A DNA stretch of 64,000 nt, taken from Oikopleura dioica (taxonomy: Eukaryota; Animalia; Chordata). The translations under genes were made by a program, and so were the position numbers. Every line of letters begins with the position of its first letter. Position 1 is the first letter of the stretch. The stretch covers positions 434,001 to 498,000 of the forward strand of contig OU015568.1 of the NCBI GenBank assembly GCA_907165135.1, given 5' to 3'. The notes below the pieces were generated by a model. That model did not search any database. It saw only the letters and a list, made by a program, of their open reading frames with translations, and was not told the origin of the DNA. Shown here one piece after another: positions 1 to 13,427 of the stretch.

Positions 1-3000
1 ACTGTACTGACAATCCCGGATCATACGACTGTGAATGCTGGGATGGATTCAACGACGTCAACGGAGATGGATTGATTTGCAATGACACCGACGAGTGTGC
101 CATCAATGACTTTGATTGTCCAACACATGCTTCATGCAGCAACACGTTTGGAGCCTACGAATGTTTTTGTAATATTGGATACGAATTCAACATAGCAGGA
201 GATGACTGTATCAACATCGACGAATGCGCTCGATCTTTGGATGACTGTCACATAGACGCAACCTGTTCCGACAACGCTGGAAGTTATTCTTGTGAATGTT
301 GGCTTTGTCGACAATCCAGATAATGCCAATGCGGCAAGGGGAACTGACTGTGTAGATTTTGATGAGTGTAGCATGGCCAGAACGAATGCATTTAATTGTA
401 GTGAGAACGCTGCTTGTGTCAACACTTTTGGCAGCTACACTTGCGAGTGTAATCTTGGTTTCGAAATGTCTGCAGACAATTACAACTGTTTAAATATCAA
501 TGAGTGCGAACTTGGTGTTTCCATCCATCAATGTGATGTCAACGCTATCTGTACAGACTTGATTCCCCTATGGAGCTGCACTTGCAATATTGGATTCAGA
601 GGAAATGGAACTGTCGGCCAGTGCGTCAACATTGATGAGTGTTCCGAAAACTCCCATAGTTGCTCAAGTAATGCGAGCTGCGAAGACTCGATCGGATCGT
701 TTTCTTGCCAATGTAATACTGGCTACACTGATGATGTCAGCTCGCCGGAAGCTGGATGGGTTTGCGTTGATGTCGATGAATGCGCTGCTCCGGAAAACAC
801 AATTTGCGATTATGACAATTGGGCCTTCTGCTTTAATACTGATGGATCTTACGAATGCCATTGTCCCGGAGGAAATCCTAGCGGAATGTTCGGAGGCGGT
901 GTTCCAGAAGATCCTTGCTATTGTGGTGTAAACGAAGAGTATTCATTGTGCTCAGAGAGCTGTCACCCTCTTTGCCAAGATGACGTGCCGCTTTGCGAAA
1001 ACGCCTGTGTTCCTGGTTGCAATTGTCTCGAAGGTTTTGTCCGAAGTTCAGAATCAGCCAATGCCGAATGTGTCAGATCAGAAACTTGTCACGATTTCAA
1101 TGTTGCCGAATGTAAAGAAAACGAAATTCCAACGAAATGCTACAACGATGGTTTTGAGACTTGCGAATCTGTCAGACTTGGTGAATTACGAATGCAGAAT
1201 AGCGAATGGTGTTCTGGAGGTTGTGTCTGCGAAGAAAACTTTGTCCGATTGAATGCAGATTTACAGAGTCCTTGTGTTCCGCGACAGGATTGCTTTGACG
1301 TGTACACAACTTGGGAGAAAGCGGATCTTGTCTATATTTTTGAAAAAACAGCACCGAGCTTTGACTTTGAAAATCCCTATACTTGGCGAGATCTGATGTT
1401 CAGGTTAAGAAATGATGAGCATTTTTCTCACATCGGGGTCATCGAAATACGCCAAAAGGAAATCTCCTATTTCGATGAAAAGCATAATTTTATTGTGAAA
1501 GAAATATACATCGCGCAGCTTCATATTGTGGCTCCAACAATAAGATCTTTGATGTTCAGCTTCTTTTCTGCCGCTGAAGAGGCCGGAATAAGCGGCTACG
1601 ACTTTGCAATGGACTGGGATCGGGACTTCGAAGAAATCATTGAAGAAAATGATTTTGAGTTGCCATGCTACAATCGGGAATGTCTGATTGAAACTCTCGC
1701 TTGTCATCCAGAATTCGAAGAGGTTGGTTGTCCAGATGACGTTGGACCCACGTGCAACGATACATACACTGAGATTTTAGACGAGCAAATAAACACATGG
1801 AATGAATTTTCCGGAGGAGCAAGAATTTCTCAGGACTGTGCAGATAAAGACCTCCAGTGCGTCTGTAAAGACGGTTTTTATAGGGAAAACGATGACCCAT
1901 TTTCACGATGCGTCCCGCTTTCCAGTTGCATGGGCGGCTGTCCTCGCCACGCCCGATTCATTGACAAGATGGATTACTGTGTTCCGACATGTGATGATCC
2001 AGATGGATCCAAATGCGTTGCTCAAGCTACTCAATTGATCTCAAATTTCGAGCAGATTTCTGATCAACTGATGATTCCTGGCTGCGTCTGTCGATCTGGA
2101 TATCTTAAAAAAGATCGAAACCCGTTCGCAGAGTGCATTGAAGAAAAAGAATGTATTCGAGTCGAGCCAGAATGCGGCGAGAACTCTTCATGGAGCTGGG
2201 AAGCCCCAGGCTGTTTCAAGAGCTGTAAGCATCCATACGAACTCGAATTGGACTTGCCTTGTCATTCGAGGACATTGGAAATGTGCGTCTGTGATGATGG
2301 ATACGTCAAAGAAACCAGAAAGAAGGAATCTGCGTGTATTCCGATAGAAGAATGTTTCCATTGCAAAGAAACAGAGGTTTTCAAGACTTGCAAGGACACC
2401 TGCTTTCACGATTGCCACACAACGGCTTTCAATAATTTCGAGAGTAAGATTTGCATCGAAGATGACAAGTGCAAACCAGGCTGCCAGTGTGCTCTCGGCT
2501 ACATCTACCGCTCGGGCAAAACAGTTGTCGACGGCAACGGTGGCGAATGCATTCCTATCAATGAATGTCCCCTTCCTAAAACGGCAACTCTTGATTTCAT
2601 CAGTCAGGAAAACGATCTTCCTGATTATGTCGACTTGGAGAATCCGTCGTCTTGGGCCGGATTTTTAGATCGATTCGATATTGAAGAAGAGCTAGAAATT
2701 CTTAATATGAAGGAAGTTCAGGCTGCATCGGGATTGAGCCTTGAAAACTACGGCCGATTTATATTGGCAACTGAGAATGAATTCATGCGATCTGTCACCT
2801 ACATGATCGTCGTCCAGGCTATCGTGAGAACCGAAAATGACAAAATTGATCCAATTGCAAGCAAAATTGCAATTATTGAGTCCAAATTAGAAGCGTACGG
2901 TGGTGCTACTGGCTCTCAAATAATTAAGTCATCCGACAGTGGATTCGACGAGCTCATTGAAGCGCTCAAAGTCACTGTTCCGCCTGCACCAGCGCCGACA

Positions 3001-4430
3001 GCGCCGCCAATGCCAGCGCGGTGCACTGGTAATCAGACTTATGACGAGAACCTTGAAGGCGACTTTATCTGGCCAGGAATGTACATAAATCGGGTGAATA
3101 GAGGCCGGGGGAATTCTACTCATCAATATTGGCATCCGTCTTTCAATGGAGAGGTCTATCACGACGAAGGCGACCAGTTAAGAATGGCATGTAAAAAGGG
3201 ATATAGAAACTCGATAGGAAAGCCGTTTGTTGGAGCGAAATGTGTTTGTGCTGTTAATCGCTGCGATTGGGTTCTTGCCAGACCGACACGGTAAAAGAAC
3301 TTTTCTATTTTTCGATTTCACTCTTTTTTCTATAATTAAGATGTATTCCGAGCAGGGCGGTATAATTTGCATTCTTGTAAATAATCTCGAAAATTTGCGA
3401 GATTAATCTTCTTTGGAAAAAGATTCTGAGATTAGTCAAGACTGGACTAGTTTCGAGATTAATCTTTTTAGCGAGGGTCGCGTGGCTCGGGGAAAAAATT
3501 TTGGTGGCGCTGGCGAGCTGTGAGCAGTGCGAGGCGGCGCGGACAAAATTTCAAGCTGCGCTCCAAGCATGTTTGAGTTTCATTTTTCTCTCGCGCCGTC
3601 GGCCATTGGTCCACCAATCACAGCGCGCGTTTCAAGATTATTTGAAATAATCTCGGAACTATTTCGAAAATTTCCCGAATTAATCTTTTTTATTCAAACA
3701 GACTAATCTCGCGTCGAGATTAATCTTATAAGAATAAATGAATAGTCTTCGGAAAAAAGACTATTTACAAGAATGCAAATTATACCGCCCTGATTCCGAG
3801 CGAAATCGCCGGCATGCCCGTCTGGTCGGGCAACAAATTCAACCAAGTGCGAGAAATCGAAAATGGGTACATCAAAATGAAGGCTAGAGGCATCTCTTTG
3901 CTCGCTTCAAAGAACTGGACGGATAATGGAAATATTGATTACGATGCCCATCCAGAATATGAAAGCAGGGAATATTGGGAAAACGCTAACTTTACGCTGT
4001 TTGTTTACTGCCCATTTAATGTTAAGCTTGGTGGCGCCAGTAAAGGTACTGTACAATCAGTGGCTCCATTTTTTTTAGCTTATCTGTTTTTCAAGGGCTT
4101 GGAGCAATGACCTTCCCCGATTTCTATCCCGCCGAGAATTCCGAAGACGGCCGTCTTTGGTCTTTTCTCTCTCGCCCCGGAGTTCACTTGATCAAGAAGA
4201 GCCATCCAAATCCGAAAAAATCTGTCTATTTTAAGGGATTCATCGACCGGTCGAACAAGATCGATGAGCAAGGAGAATCGTCCACTTTTACAATCGGAAG
4301 AGACCAGGCAACTTGCGAGACGGGTATCCTGCCCGGGCATCATCCTTTTGCGATTTCAAAACTTGTTGAAGAATTTGATATATTTGAGGGGGGCGATTTT
4401 ACGAACCTCGAAAAATATACGAGAAAATAA
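1..4430 (+). pseudogene. Large extracellular Cys-rich protein (Ca-binding EGF repeats, TIL domains, two SEA-like spacers, Sushi/CCP domain), oikosin/zonadhesin-like; 5' end outside window; frameshift at ~295 and MITE insertion at 3353
   Basis: cbEGF motifs (DIDEC...C.N..GSY.C.C) from base 3 to ~870; TIL-type CxxxC...CxPGCxCxxG(F/Y) repeats at ~900-2580; Sushi-like end (ACKKGY...CVC..W..PTR|C). Introns 3291-3340 and ~4049-4097 link the ORFs to the stop at 4430. May be a damaged allele or an assembly error rather than a fixed pseudogene. Confidence 0.7.
3353..3792. mobile_element. hAT-type MITE, 440 bp
   Basis: Perfect 31-bp TIRs (CAGGGCGGTATAATTTGCATTCTTGTAAATA at 3353-3383; inverse at 3762-3792); 8-bp TSD ATTCCGAG at 3345-3352 and 3793-3800; repeated subterminal GAGATTAATCTT motifs. 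Confidence 0.92.
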
Positions 4431-4526
4431 ATTTTTGTTCTGATTATTCTTGTCGATTATTGTAATAAATAAAAAGTGATTTTTTGGAATAAACAATTTG
4501 AAAAATTATTACGCACAAAGAAAGTT

Positions 4527-5978
4527 TTACTGATAAGGACGTTGATCATGTTTTGCAGTACAGAAATTCGACGGTGACAAGAATAGAATCGGGTAAGAAT
4601 AATATTTATCATGTTCTCCGACAACCTCGATTGCAGCAATATTGTCTCCGTCTTTAAAATCAGTTCACCATTTTTTCCTTCGAATTATCGAAAGCTTTCC
4701 GAAAGAAGTTTCTTGAAAAACTGGTCAACCTTTCCTAGATTTACGCGTTGTATCATTCGAGTTGTTTCGTCGCTTTCTCCAGGGAATAAATATATAGCGT
4801 CGCCGACTTGAATCGATGATCCAGAGTAAGAAGGCTGAAAAATATAGATATATTTTTTAATAATAAATATTATCAAATTTTCAAAATACCCCGAAATGAA
4901 CTTACTTGAAGCAAATTTCCCATTATTGTCCATCCAAATTCATTCAAAACGAAAATCTCCTTGAGAACTTCTGAATCCCCATCCCAACCTCCCAACGTAG
5001 CAATTGATCCCGACGGCAATCCAGCAACAGTAACAATCCTTATATCTCTTAAATCATGCTGAATAAAAAATTTGCAAAATAAAATAACCTGGGATGACGC
5101 GGCAGTTTTTCCCAGCCATTTTCAGTCAAGGTTTCCGTGTATCCTCTGTTCGAATAAGGATACATCTGACCGCCGACTGCTGTTGGCCGTCCTTTAAAAT
5201 GAGCAAGTCCACCGTCCCAGTGCCCTTCTCTTGGTTCGAATGCGAGTTTTTCAACAGCAGTGCCGTTAAAAATCTCGCATTTCTTGTCTGTTTTCTCATC
5301 AAAACAAACAAGAGCTGAAAAGTGTAAAAAATAAATATATATTCTTGCGACGAACCTTCAGTTCCGTTTGAAATTGTGAGCGTCCTGCTTCCAGCATAAT
5401 ATTCATTCCGAAGCCGAATCGGGAGAAGCCTTAATTCGCATTCGACAAGAATAGTAATCTAAAATATAGTCAATAAGGAGTTTCAAAGAGCAGTCTACTT
5501 GTTTTTGTCTCTGACGGCCGCCGAAAAAATGCAACTGGCCTTTCACATGAGCAGCTTTAGATTCGTAGATTTTATTCTGAAGAATCGTTGGAACAATCAA
5601 GTTTGTATTTTCGTTTTTAAAGCCATCTCCAAACAGAGCATAATGGCGTGGTAATTCTGGTTCAGGTAAGATAACGAGAATCTGACTTGGTCGATTTTGA
5701 TAGAAAAAAACATTCTTGATTTCGGTTTCGTCGTCGAATTTAAAAAGTCTGACTCTCTTTTCTCCCATAGTTTGAAGCTCGTTCATTTGCCTTCTTGCTA
5801 TTTCCTGGCCCCTTTTCCTCACAACGAGGGAAACAAGTGAGTCGTCCTCGACTTTAAACATGAGTTCAAGAGATCTCCAATCCGTGCTTAACGGATCGTC
5901 CAAAGCGATCGATTCCCCGAAAAAGTCAGAAGAGATGGCAATGAAGTTGTTTTCAAAGGTTTCAACTGCAAAGATCAA
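4527..5978 (-). CDS. Kelch/galactose-oxidase-like beta-propeller protein (lineage-expanded family), multi-exon; start uncertain
   Basis: ORF 5403-5978 contains AAHVKGQLHFFGG; later exons contain SSIQVGDAIYLFPG and end YPILFLSPSNFC, resembling the gene at 36977-38077. Confidence 0.55.
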
Positions 5979-6530
5979 TTCTTCATTGTACGATCGAAAT
6001 TCCAGGATTTTCGCTGCTTTTGTGAGGGAAGATTTGGTCTTTGCGGAGTCAACAATACCATTTAAATAAAAATGATTCTAAAAGATAGACTCTTTGCTTA
6101 ATGTCCAAAGTAAGTTTTTGCGTTTCATTTAAGTCCAGTTCGAATGAAGAAATATGGAATAGAGACTCATCGAAAGACGAAAAAGGAAAATCGGGCAGAA
6201 TCGTCAATGGATATGGTGGAGACAAACTGCTCGCTGTTCGGGCTCAGTTTATCGCCATTAGTAACGACATGTTATTAAGAAATTGATCAAGAGCGTCGCC
6301 TGATTGCGGAAAAAGGATTTGTCTTTCGACAGCGTTTTTGGCGAAGTTCGGAAAGACATCTTTGTGAAATTCGAAATACGGGTTGCTAGTCACAAGCATT
6401 TTGTTTTCAGCACTTTGTTGCCGGAAATCAAGCTCGATGTGATCTTTTCAGAGGATTGACTTTTATCCAGAACTATACGAGACTCGGTTTGCGAGCTATG
6501 AACCATATTTGTTGTCTGACAAATATAACT

Positions 6531-7169
6531 CTAGTGAAGATCCTCTCCGAAGTCGAAAAATATTTCAAAGGTCGTGTCAAAAACAATATTCTGGAGGTAA
6601 ATACGATCGTTGTTTATAAACCCATTGATAAAATACTCACACTCGTCGTTGTTGGTTCCGAATGCATTTGAATAGGCGTAATCTTTCGGAGCGTACAAAC
6701 CAGAGAAACAACGCGATTCTCGCTCGTACTTGACCAAGGAGCCGATCCATTCATTGCCGAGCGTCAGGAATTTCCCTTCTTTTTCGAGTAAAAGTGAGTA
6801 TTGCGTGTTTGAGAGGGCAATGCTTCTAGTGACGAGGATCAGCATCAATTGACCAAGATCGATCTTTAAGGATTCACAGAAAAAGCAGGAAGAGCAAGGA
6901 AAAAATATCTTTTGAATCCGTTCCAGAGGAATCACGTGCACTGGATCAAAGTCGCGAAACATAGCTGGAACCGTGAACTCGTCTTTTCTCCAGCCCTTCT
7001 CCAACTGCTCCGTTGCTCGGATTGAGTTAAGAGCGACTGTTTTCGAAAGGGTGATCCAGTTTCTGCCGAGTCTCAAGCTCATCAAAATAAATGTGCCGCC
7101 GAAGCTAATTGAAGATGTTCGAGCGTTCACGTGGTTGCTCGCGATGTAGCCTAAAATGTCAAGGAACAA
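6531..7169 (-). CDS. Unknown protein (212-aa ORF); downstream sequence to ~6060 looks like degenerate coding sequence
   Basis: Long ORF with protein-like composition; no recognisable motif. Confidence 0.35.
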   Translation of the reverse strand: MFLDILGYIASNHVNARTSSISFGGTFILMSLRLGRNWITLSKTVALNSIRATEQLEKGWRKDEFTVPAMFRDFDPVHVIPLERIQKIFFPCSSCFFCESLKIDLGQLMLILVTRSIALSNTQYSLLLEKEGKFLTLGNEWIGSLVKYERESRCFSGLYAPKDYAYSNAFGTNNDECEYFINGFINNDRIYLQNIVFDTTFEIFFDFGEDLH

Positions 7170-7379
7170 GGAAAAGTAAAGGGCTGATTCTCACCTTGGG
7201 CTTCCTCGAATCTGTTAAGGTTATATTCCGGCGCGTAGTAGTAACATTTGTCTGGACGGTCATTCGGCGAGCTTTTATTGGTCAAAAATTTATAATGATC
7301 TTTTAAGTGTTCATCTGATTTTCGACCGTTTTCAAATAACAAGGACGGGGAAGATCTTTCGATCTCTGTCTTTCAGGCG

Positions 7380-8564
7380 AATCTCAATGTGGTGAGTTCC
7401 AATCGACGATTCAAAGTGGAAAACGAAACGGCCTCTTGAAAACGAAAAATTATTAGCGCCTTGGCGACACAATCTTATGCCAAACAAAAGCCTTGGCTCT
7501 TGTCGCGATCCAAACTTTGATCTTCAAAGAATATATAAATAATATGCGTACAAATCTTTGCGTCGATTCGGAACTAAAATCGGAGCATCGCCATTTTCTT
7601 TCATTTTCATCAAGTTACCAAAGGCATCGACCAAGTAATGCTCACCGTTGAGAAAGGTAGCACCAATTGACTTTTAAGTTTTGAAATATTTTAGTTGGAA
7701 ACATATTTCAACCTAATTTGAATCATCATCGAATCATCAAAACCGTTCATAAGAGTCCAAAAAATCAAAGACACTGATCTTTCTTGGTTCATTCTGACCA
7801 TTGAAATCTGCCAAAAAAATGGCATAATTTGGTTCTTCATACTCATAACCGGTTATCAGTTCAGTACTGCCATTTAATTGGGCGGTTGAACTGTCCAAAA
7901 ACAACGTTGACTGTATTGAGGTTGTCATTGGAGATGTTGCCGCCGAAGTTGTTGACTGCGTTGAGGACGACATTGTTGACCCCGTCGTCGAAGTGGACTC
8001 AGTTGAAGACGACTGAATTGAAGTTGACTCGATTGGCATTGAACTGGTTTCAGATTTTTGCAGATCAAAAACTGGAACAAGTTTTTGAGGCGACTCCAAC
8101 TTCTCACACTGGTAATGAGGACAAGGACAACCTTCGGAACAGTACTTCTGAAATGGGCAAACTTCTCCGGCGGAATCGAAGCTTCTTGTCAGCCCAAAAC
8201 AGATTGACTCGCAGGGCGTGATTGGATTGGTCCTCGTTGATTTCAAAACGAGCGTGTTCGAGCAGAGATGGCGGCAGACTCTTTGGTCGTAAAAGCGTTT
8301 CTTCTGACAGCGGCGGAGATTCACATCGTTTTCTTCTTCGGAAAAAACAAGCAGTGGCGCTTTGACATGCTCGACTTTCGAAACCGGCTCAGGAAGGATA
8401 AACTTCTTGGTCTCGCGGCATTGCTTCATTAAATGTCCGCAAAAGTCCATCGTCGAAATTCTAACGCATTTCTTGTAGTTTCGGTGACAGCTCGACGTCA
8501 GAAATGTCGTTGCACCGCGCGATTTCTCCAAGGAGGCGAAGTTTGCTATATTATTAAAATTCAT
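7380..8564 (-). CDS. Cys-rich plus Ser/Thr-rich (mucin-like) protein, probably of the same family as the kelch-like genes
   Basis: ORF 7737-8564 has CPFQKYCSEGCPCPHYQC (compare DCRNGCPCGADCKEGC at ~37950) followed by an S/T-rich tract; further short exons follow toward ~7380. Confidence 0.5.
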
Positions 8565-9684
8565 ATTAATATTATATTTAAATTACTGGAGAGATACCTA
8601 TGAGCATAACAGTGAGCCAGAAAACAGTCAAGAGTCAGATAGCTCCACTTTTGCGAATAGGTCGTGTTCCCGTGTTTCGCCAAGCCCATTTTCGCCGTCA
8701 CTTTTTCTTCCATATTTTTTTCTTTTTCGATTTTCTAACATCGTTTTCCTGGGTATGAATGCTCCGAGTATTCAAAACTTCCACGGGCATCAAATACACT
8801 TTCGTCCCTTTTTGTCTCAAAATTCCGATGCAGTCGCAATCAAGACACTAATGTAAAATAAAGTTAAATTTTAGGTGAGAATGAAAATACCTGAATTTTA
8901 GTTTTGACAATCGCATTTTCGATATTCTCGTTTTCTTCTTCAATCGCCATAGCGAGTGATCTCTGGAAGAGAAAAAGCTTTTCTGAAGATAAAACGAAAG
9001 GATGCTCGTAGATGAGGAGATAGGTCATCGCTTGGAGTTTTCTGACAGCTGGAGACTTGCTCTCCGTTTTTTAAAAGTCACATCTTCTAGGTGATACGGC
9101 CTTATTCTTCGGCTGGGGAAAAGAAATTCCACGGAAAATTTTCGAAAATTATCGTCAAAGTGAAGTTGAAATCGCGTCTTTGGTTATTTTTAGGAATTTT
9201 TTTTTCGATTTTTGGTTATTTTTGGCCATTTTCTGCGATTTTTTTTTGCCTAAAACATGATTTTGAAGCTAGGAAAAATGCAAAAAAAAAGAAATAACTA
9301 ATGTTCATTTTGTAAAAAAAAATAAAAATAGATGCCAAAAATAAAGAATCGAAGAAAAATTCCGGACCAACGGCCCCTAGCCGGGACTAGTCTAAGTTTA
9401 CTCGGTAAAAAAAAATTCGTTTGGCTCGCTGAAATTATGACCTTTGACTGAGTGAGACCTTGCTTTCGTTTTTTCCAGTACACGAAGTTATAGAAATTTT
9501 TAATCACAGATTTTTGTTGTCACGTGATAAACATTTTAATCAGCAGGAAACGTGGGGGCAGCAACCACATGTTTAAAAAACATTTATCAGCAAATTTCGC
9601 CGGAAACATCCTTCTTCTACCAGCGCGCTAAACATTTCCGTTCAAAACCCCGGTTTCTGGCAAAAAATCTCGTAGTTGGGGAAA

Positions 9685-11302
9685 ATGAAGCTTTTTGCTA
9701 CGGTTGTCGCTTCGGCGACGAGCCAGGGCTTCTACGACTACAGTCTGTTTAACAACTACGGGTAAGTCGCAAGAGAGAAGCTTAAAATTTTTAACATTGA
9801 ATTTCTAGAGCTCCGCAAGCGAGCTACGATGGAAAGTACGGAAACGTCGTTGGCAACACCGATACTGGCAACAACAAAGGTCTTCGGTCCGGCAATGGTC
9901 GATATTGCCACGCTACCAAAGACAACATCGTCATCCATCGATGGGACGTCTCCAAGACCGGCTTCTTCAACCACTACAACCGAATCGAGTGCGAGGGTGA
10001 AGAGATGTACTGCTTCCTCGAAGAGCGAGCTCACTTCGGACAGGTCATTGGAATCCGCGCCGGCTGCGCTCAGATGATGAACCATCCTCAAATCAAGCGA
10101 ACTCGACTTGGATCGCAGCAATCCTACAACAACAACAGGGAAGCTTTCCGAAAGCGAACTTTCACGAACAACCAGGGAAGCCTTGGAAGCGCACGAAGCA
10201 GTACGGTTCTCGGCTACGGTGTCGGTGGATGCATGGCCATGCAAGTCCAGAACCACAAGGACCAATTGGACAATACCTTTGACGGTAACGTTGGCGGAGA
10301 CAAGGAAGACAACATGTTCTTCTACGGAAGCTGGTACCAGGCCCAGTGTCTTCGTAAGGTCGACCGAGGCCAAACAGCTGGATGGAACGATCTCCTTCCA
10401 TTCGGCGTCTCCGTCTGTCGAGCCTGCTGCGTCGCCGGGTTGGATACCGAAACCAACTACAGTGCCGAAGGCAACGCTCCATGCAACTTCCTGCCCTACA
10501 AGCAGCCTGCAAATGGTGGTGACTTAAACCAGCGGCCACATATTCCATTCGGCTACGACTTTGCTTGCCAAGAGGGTTACCAGCAAGGCGTCAAAGTCGA
10601 CGCTCTCACCCACGAGTACATCGAAAATGCCACAAAGGTAAAATTGTTCCTTTTCTTATTATGTGTTAATCGATTTTTAAGGCAGGAATCATGTCACAAT
10701 CAGCCTTCTCTGCCGCAGCGCCGAACGACGGTGGTGGCGCTTGCGGGAGCACTTGCAATCCCAACAGAGCCGGCGACACTCTAGCTGACGTCACTGGTCT
10801 CCAAGAAGCAGCCGGTGGTATCACTTACCACTCACCAAGCGCGACTCCGTCGAAGATCCGACACTTTGCTTGCAACGATTTCTTTACATATACGCGAGGC
10901 TATGGAGCCGCGATTAATAAGCAAGACATCCAGGACCAGCCCCATCCTGGACACTGGAATTACGCCAAATCAGACGCTGACTGGTATAACACTGGCGCTG
11001 ATGGCATTTGCGACGGTACAGTCGGCGGCCAGAAAGAATGCTTCCCCAAGACCTTCGAAGAAAGTGCCAGACTCATCGGCGACCCAAGCGTAGCAACAAA
11101 CGCATTCGACTTCAACAGCCACACCTGGGTCGACAACTCTGACTGCGACATCTGCCAGAACGAGCTCGTGCCGCGATTCGACGCCGTCAACTACGACAGT
11201 GCTAGCATCGTCAACCTGTTCACAGCCGCTTGCAGCGACACCAACAAACGATGCGATCCTGTTGCCAAGACTGTCGTTGATATGCAGCTTCTTTTCAACT
11301 AA
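9685..11302 (+). CDS. Secreted Cys/Asn/Gly-rich protein, oikosin-like (mucous-house component)
   Basis: Signal-like MKLFATVVASATSQG at 9685; short GT-AG introns (~9762-9809, ~10638-10682); strong C-ending codon bias; stop at 11300-11302. Oikosin assignment is by overall character only. Confidence 0.65.
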
Positions 11303-11730
11303 AACAAGCGATGCATGCCTTCATGATCTCTGTCAAATCTCAAAATCCGAGCGAGCTGAGCCTGGGGAGGGTCAGCGAGCTTGGAAGGAGATGACGACGG
11401 AAGTCAAAGAAGTTCTTCTCATTTATCCCCTTCTACCTTTCACTTTCTATCTTTCTTTTCTTCTTCTATTTATTTTTTATTTATGATTTGCCTTCTTGCT
11501 ACAAATAAAAATCATAAAAAAACGGTTAAACAAAACTCGTCTTTTTTGTCAGCAAATTATTCACTTATTCATGAGAATTGATTTAACTGTTAGATGTGAA
11601 CTTTATTGTTCCCCCTCTTGGTAACCATAGTTTTTACTAATGACGTTGATCAAGTTCCGGGGCACTGTGGAGCAGAGCTATTTAAACTCAGTGGCTGGTC
11701 ATAAATCGATCTTTCAAACTGAAATTAGAG

Positions 11731-12378
11731 ATGGGTGAAGGAAACTGCCGGTTTGTACAGTTTTTTTCGGAATTATTTCAAGCTAATGCTTTAGGCGTAA
11801 TCTATTCATCAAGTCAATTTTCGTGACGATCTTCAACATTGTTGGATTCTCGCTTATTTTGGCGAACTATCTGAATGCGGACAAGGAGAAAAGAGACTGG
11901 AGCTGGAGAGAAACTGGAGCTGTTCTAGCATTTTCGTGAGTTTTCGTAAATTGATTTTAATTCTTCGTTCCGCGGAACAAATACTTCGGCGATAATTGAT
12001 CAAATTTGAGCTTCTCAGAAACAAAATCTTTATCAATAAGAGTCAATATTGACCCTCGAACTTTCGAGAGCTCCGTAGTTTTCAACTTTCCATTCTAGCC
12101 AAACTGGTTTCTGGTTTCCTTTTGAGAACCTGCCAAGCGCGAAGCGAAGATGGTGGGTAATTCACAAGCCGCTCCAAGTCGCCATTTATGCCCTCTCAAC
12201 CGTGCCAAGTATCTGTACTCCTCTCGTCAAAGAACCTCAAAAAATCAAGGATGATGAAAATGAAATGTATTCCTTCTTGGTTGCAGCGGCAGTGATGTTT
12301 TCCCTTTCCGGATTTCTTTCTTACATCATGAGCACCAAAATGATGAAATTAAGAAAACTGCCTTCAATTTTTCTTTGA
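11731..12378 (+). CDS. Small multi-pass membrane protein of unknown function
   Basis: Hand-translated exons FIKSIFVTIFNIVGFSLILANYL...WSWRETGAVLAF and RRWWVIHKPLQVAIYALST...YSFLVAAAVMFSLSGFLSYIM...IFL*. Confidence 0.4.
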
Positions 12379-12729
12379 AGAAAAATTCTAGCTGTGGCGA
12401 CAAACGAAAAGATTCCGGCGAAACTCATCTCTAAGAACCTTCCGCTCTGAAAACCGCACTCTGAATTCTAAATTTGTTTTGAATAAACCAAATGTTATTG
12501 AATTATTCTCTCCATAAAATCGACTTTTCTCCATTTCTTTTTTCATAGCGAGACTTTTGCGTTTTTTGAGAACGCTTGACTTTTGCTAAATCAAAATTAC
12601 AATGAAACCGAATTTTTGAATTTCTTTATCTCTTTTGAAAAACGAGAGATCAAGAGATAGTGTGTGGAATGATATATTTTTTTTATTTGAAATTTTATCT
12701 TGAGCTTTTTTAGCTTTAATGTATTTCAG

Positions 12730-13427
12730 TCGATGATCCTTGCGCTTGTGACCGAGTTGCGCCAAACTTGCTGACGGAGAAGGCGCTTTGGAAATGGCAG
12801 ATGATGAAGCCTTATTTCAGAGTAAGAGAATGATGGTAAAAAATTCCACTTAGCGGATCATTCAGACAAACACTGCTTCATCTTTCGTCATTTCCTCCAG
12901 CCGCGCTGCCGCCCTCAACGACTATCAGGGATATTTGATCTTTTCCCGAAAAACCTGCAAGCAGACCGTTCTCAACATGTTCCGAGGAGATGATCCCGAG
13001 TACGCCTTCAGCTTCGAAATTATGGACATGAGAGATCCCAAAACCGACCATCCCATGCCGAATTACAGAGCTTTCAACGCGACTTACTACCAGGACTACC
13101 CTAAGGATCAGAAAGATCATCGATCCATCACCATGGGATTCAAGTAAAACCAACTCCGCCCATTCGTCGATCTTTATTCTCAATTCTAGCGTTCACAAGA
13201 CCCAGCCAGACATCACTGGAAACCTGAAAAAAGACGCGTACATCCTCCAACTCAACTACCCCAACGGCCTGCCTGATACCGTCACCTGGAACGACATCTA
13301 CGACTGCGTCAATTTCGCCATTCCAGTGACCATTCCAATGGGACCAAACCAGGTCGCCGAGTTCGACATCGCTCCCACATGCGACTACACTACTTGTGTT
13401 GGCCAGAGTATCCCGGTTGGCTTCTGA
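12730..13427 (+). CDS. Cys-containing protein fragment, possibly oikosin-like; first exon not identified
   Basis: Exons DDPCACDRVAPNLL..., ORF 12935-13147 and VHKTQPDITG...CDYTTCVGQSIPVGF* separated by short GT-AG introns; C-ending codon bias. Confidence 0.5.

Noticed and set aside
9756-10548. Overlapping ORFs 9756-10373 (-), 10108-10527 (+) and 10162-10548 (-)
   Set aside because: Shadows of a strongly codon-biased gene in another frame.
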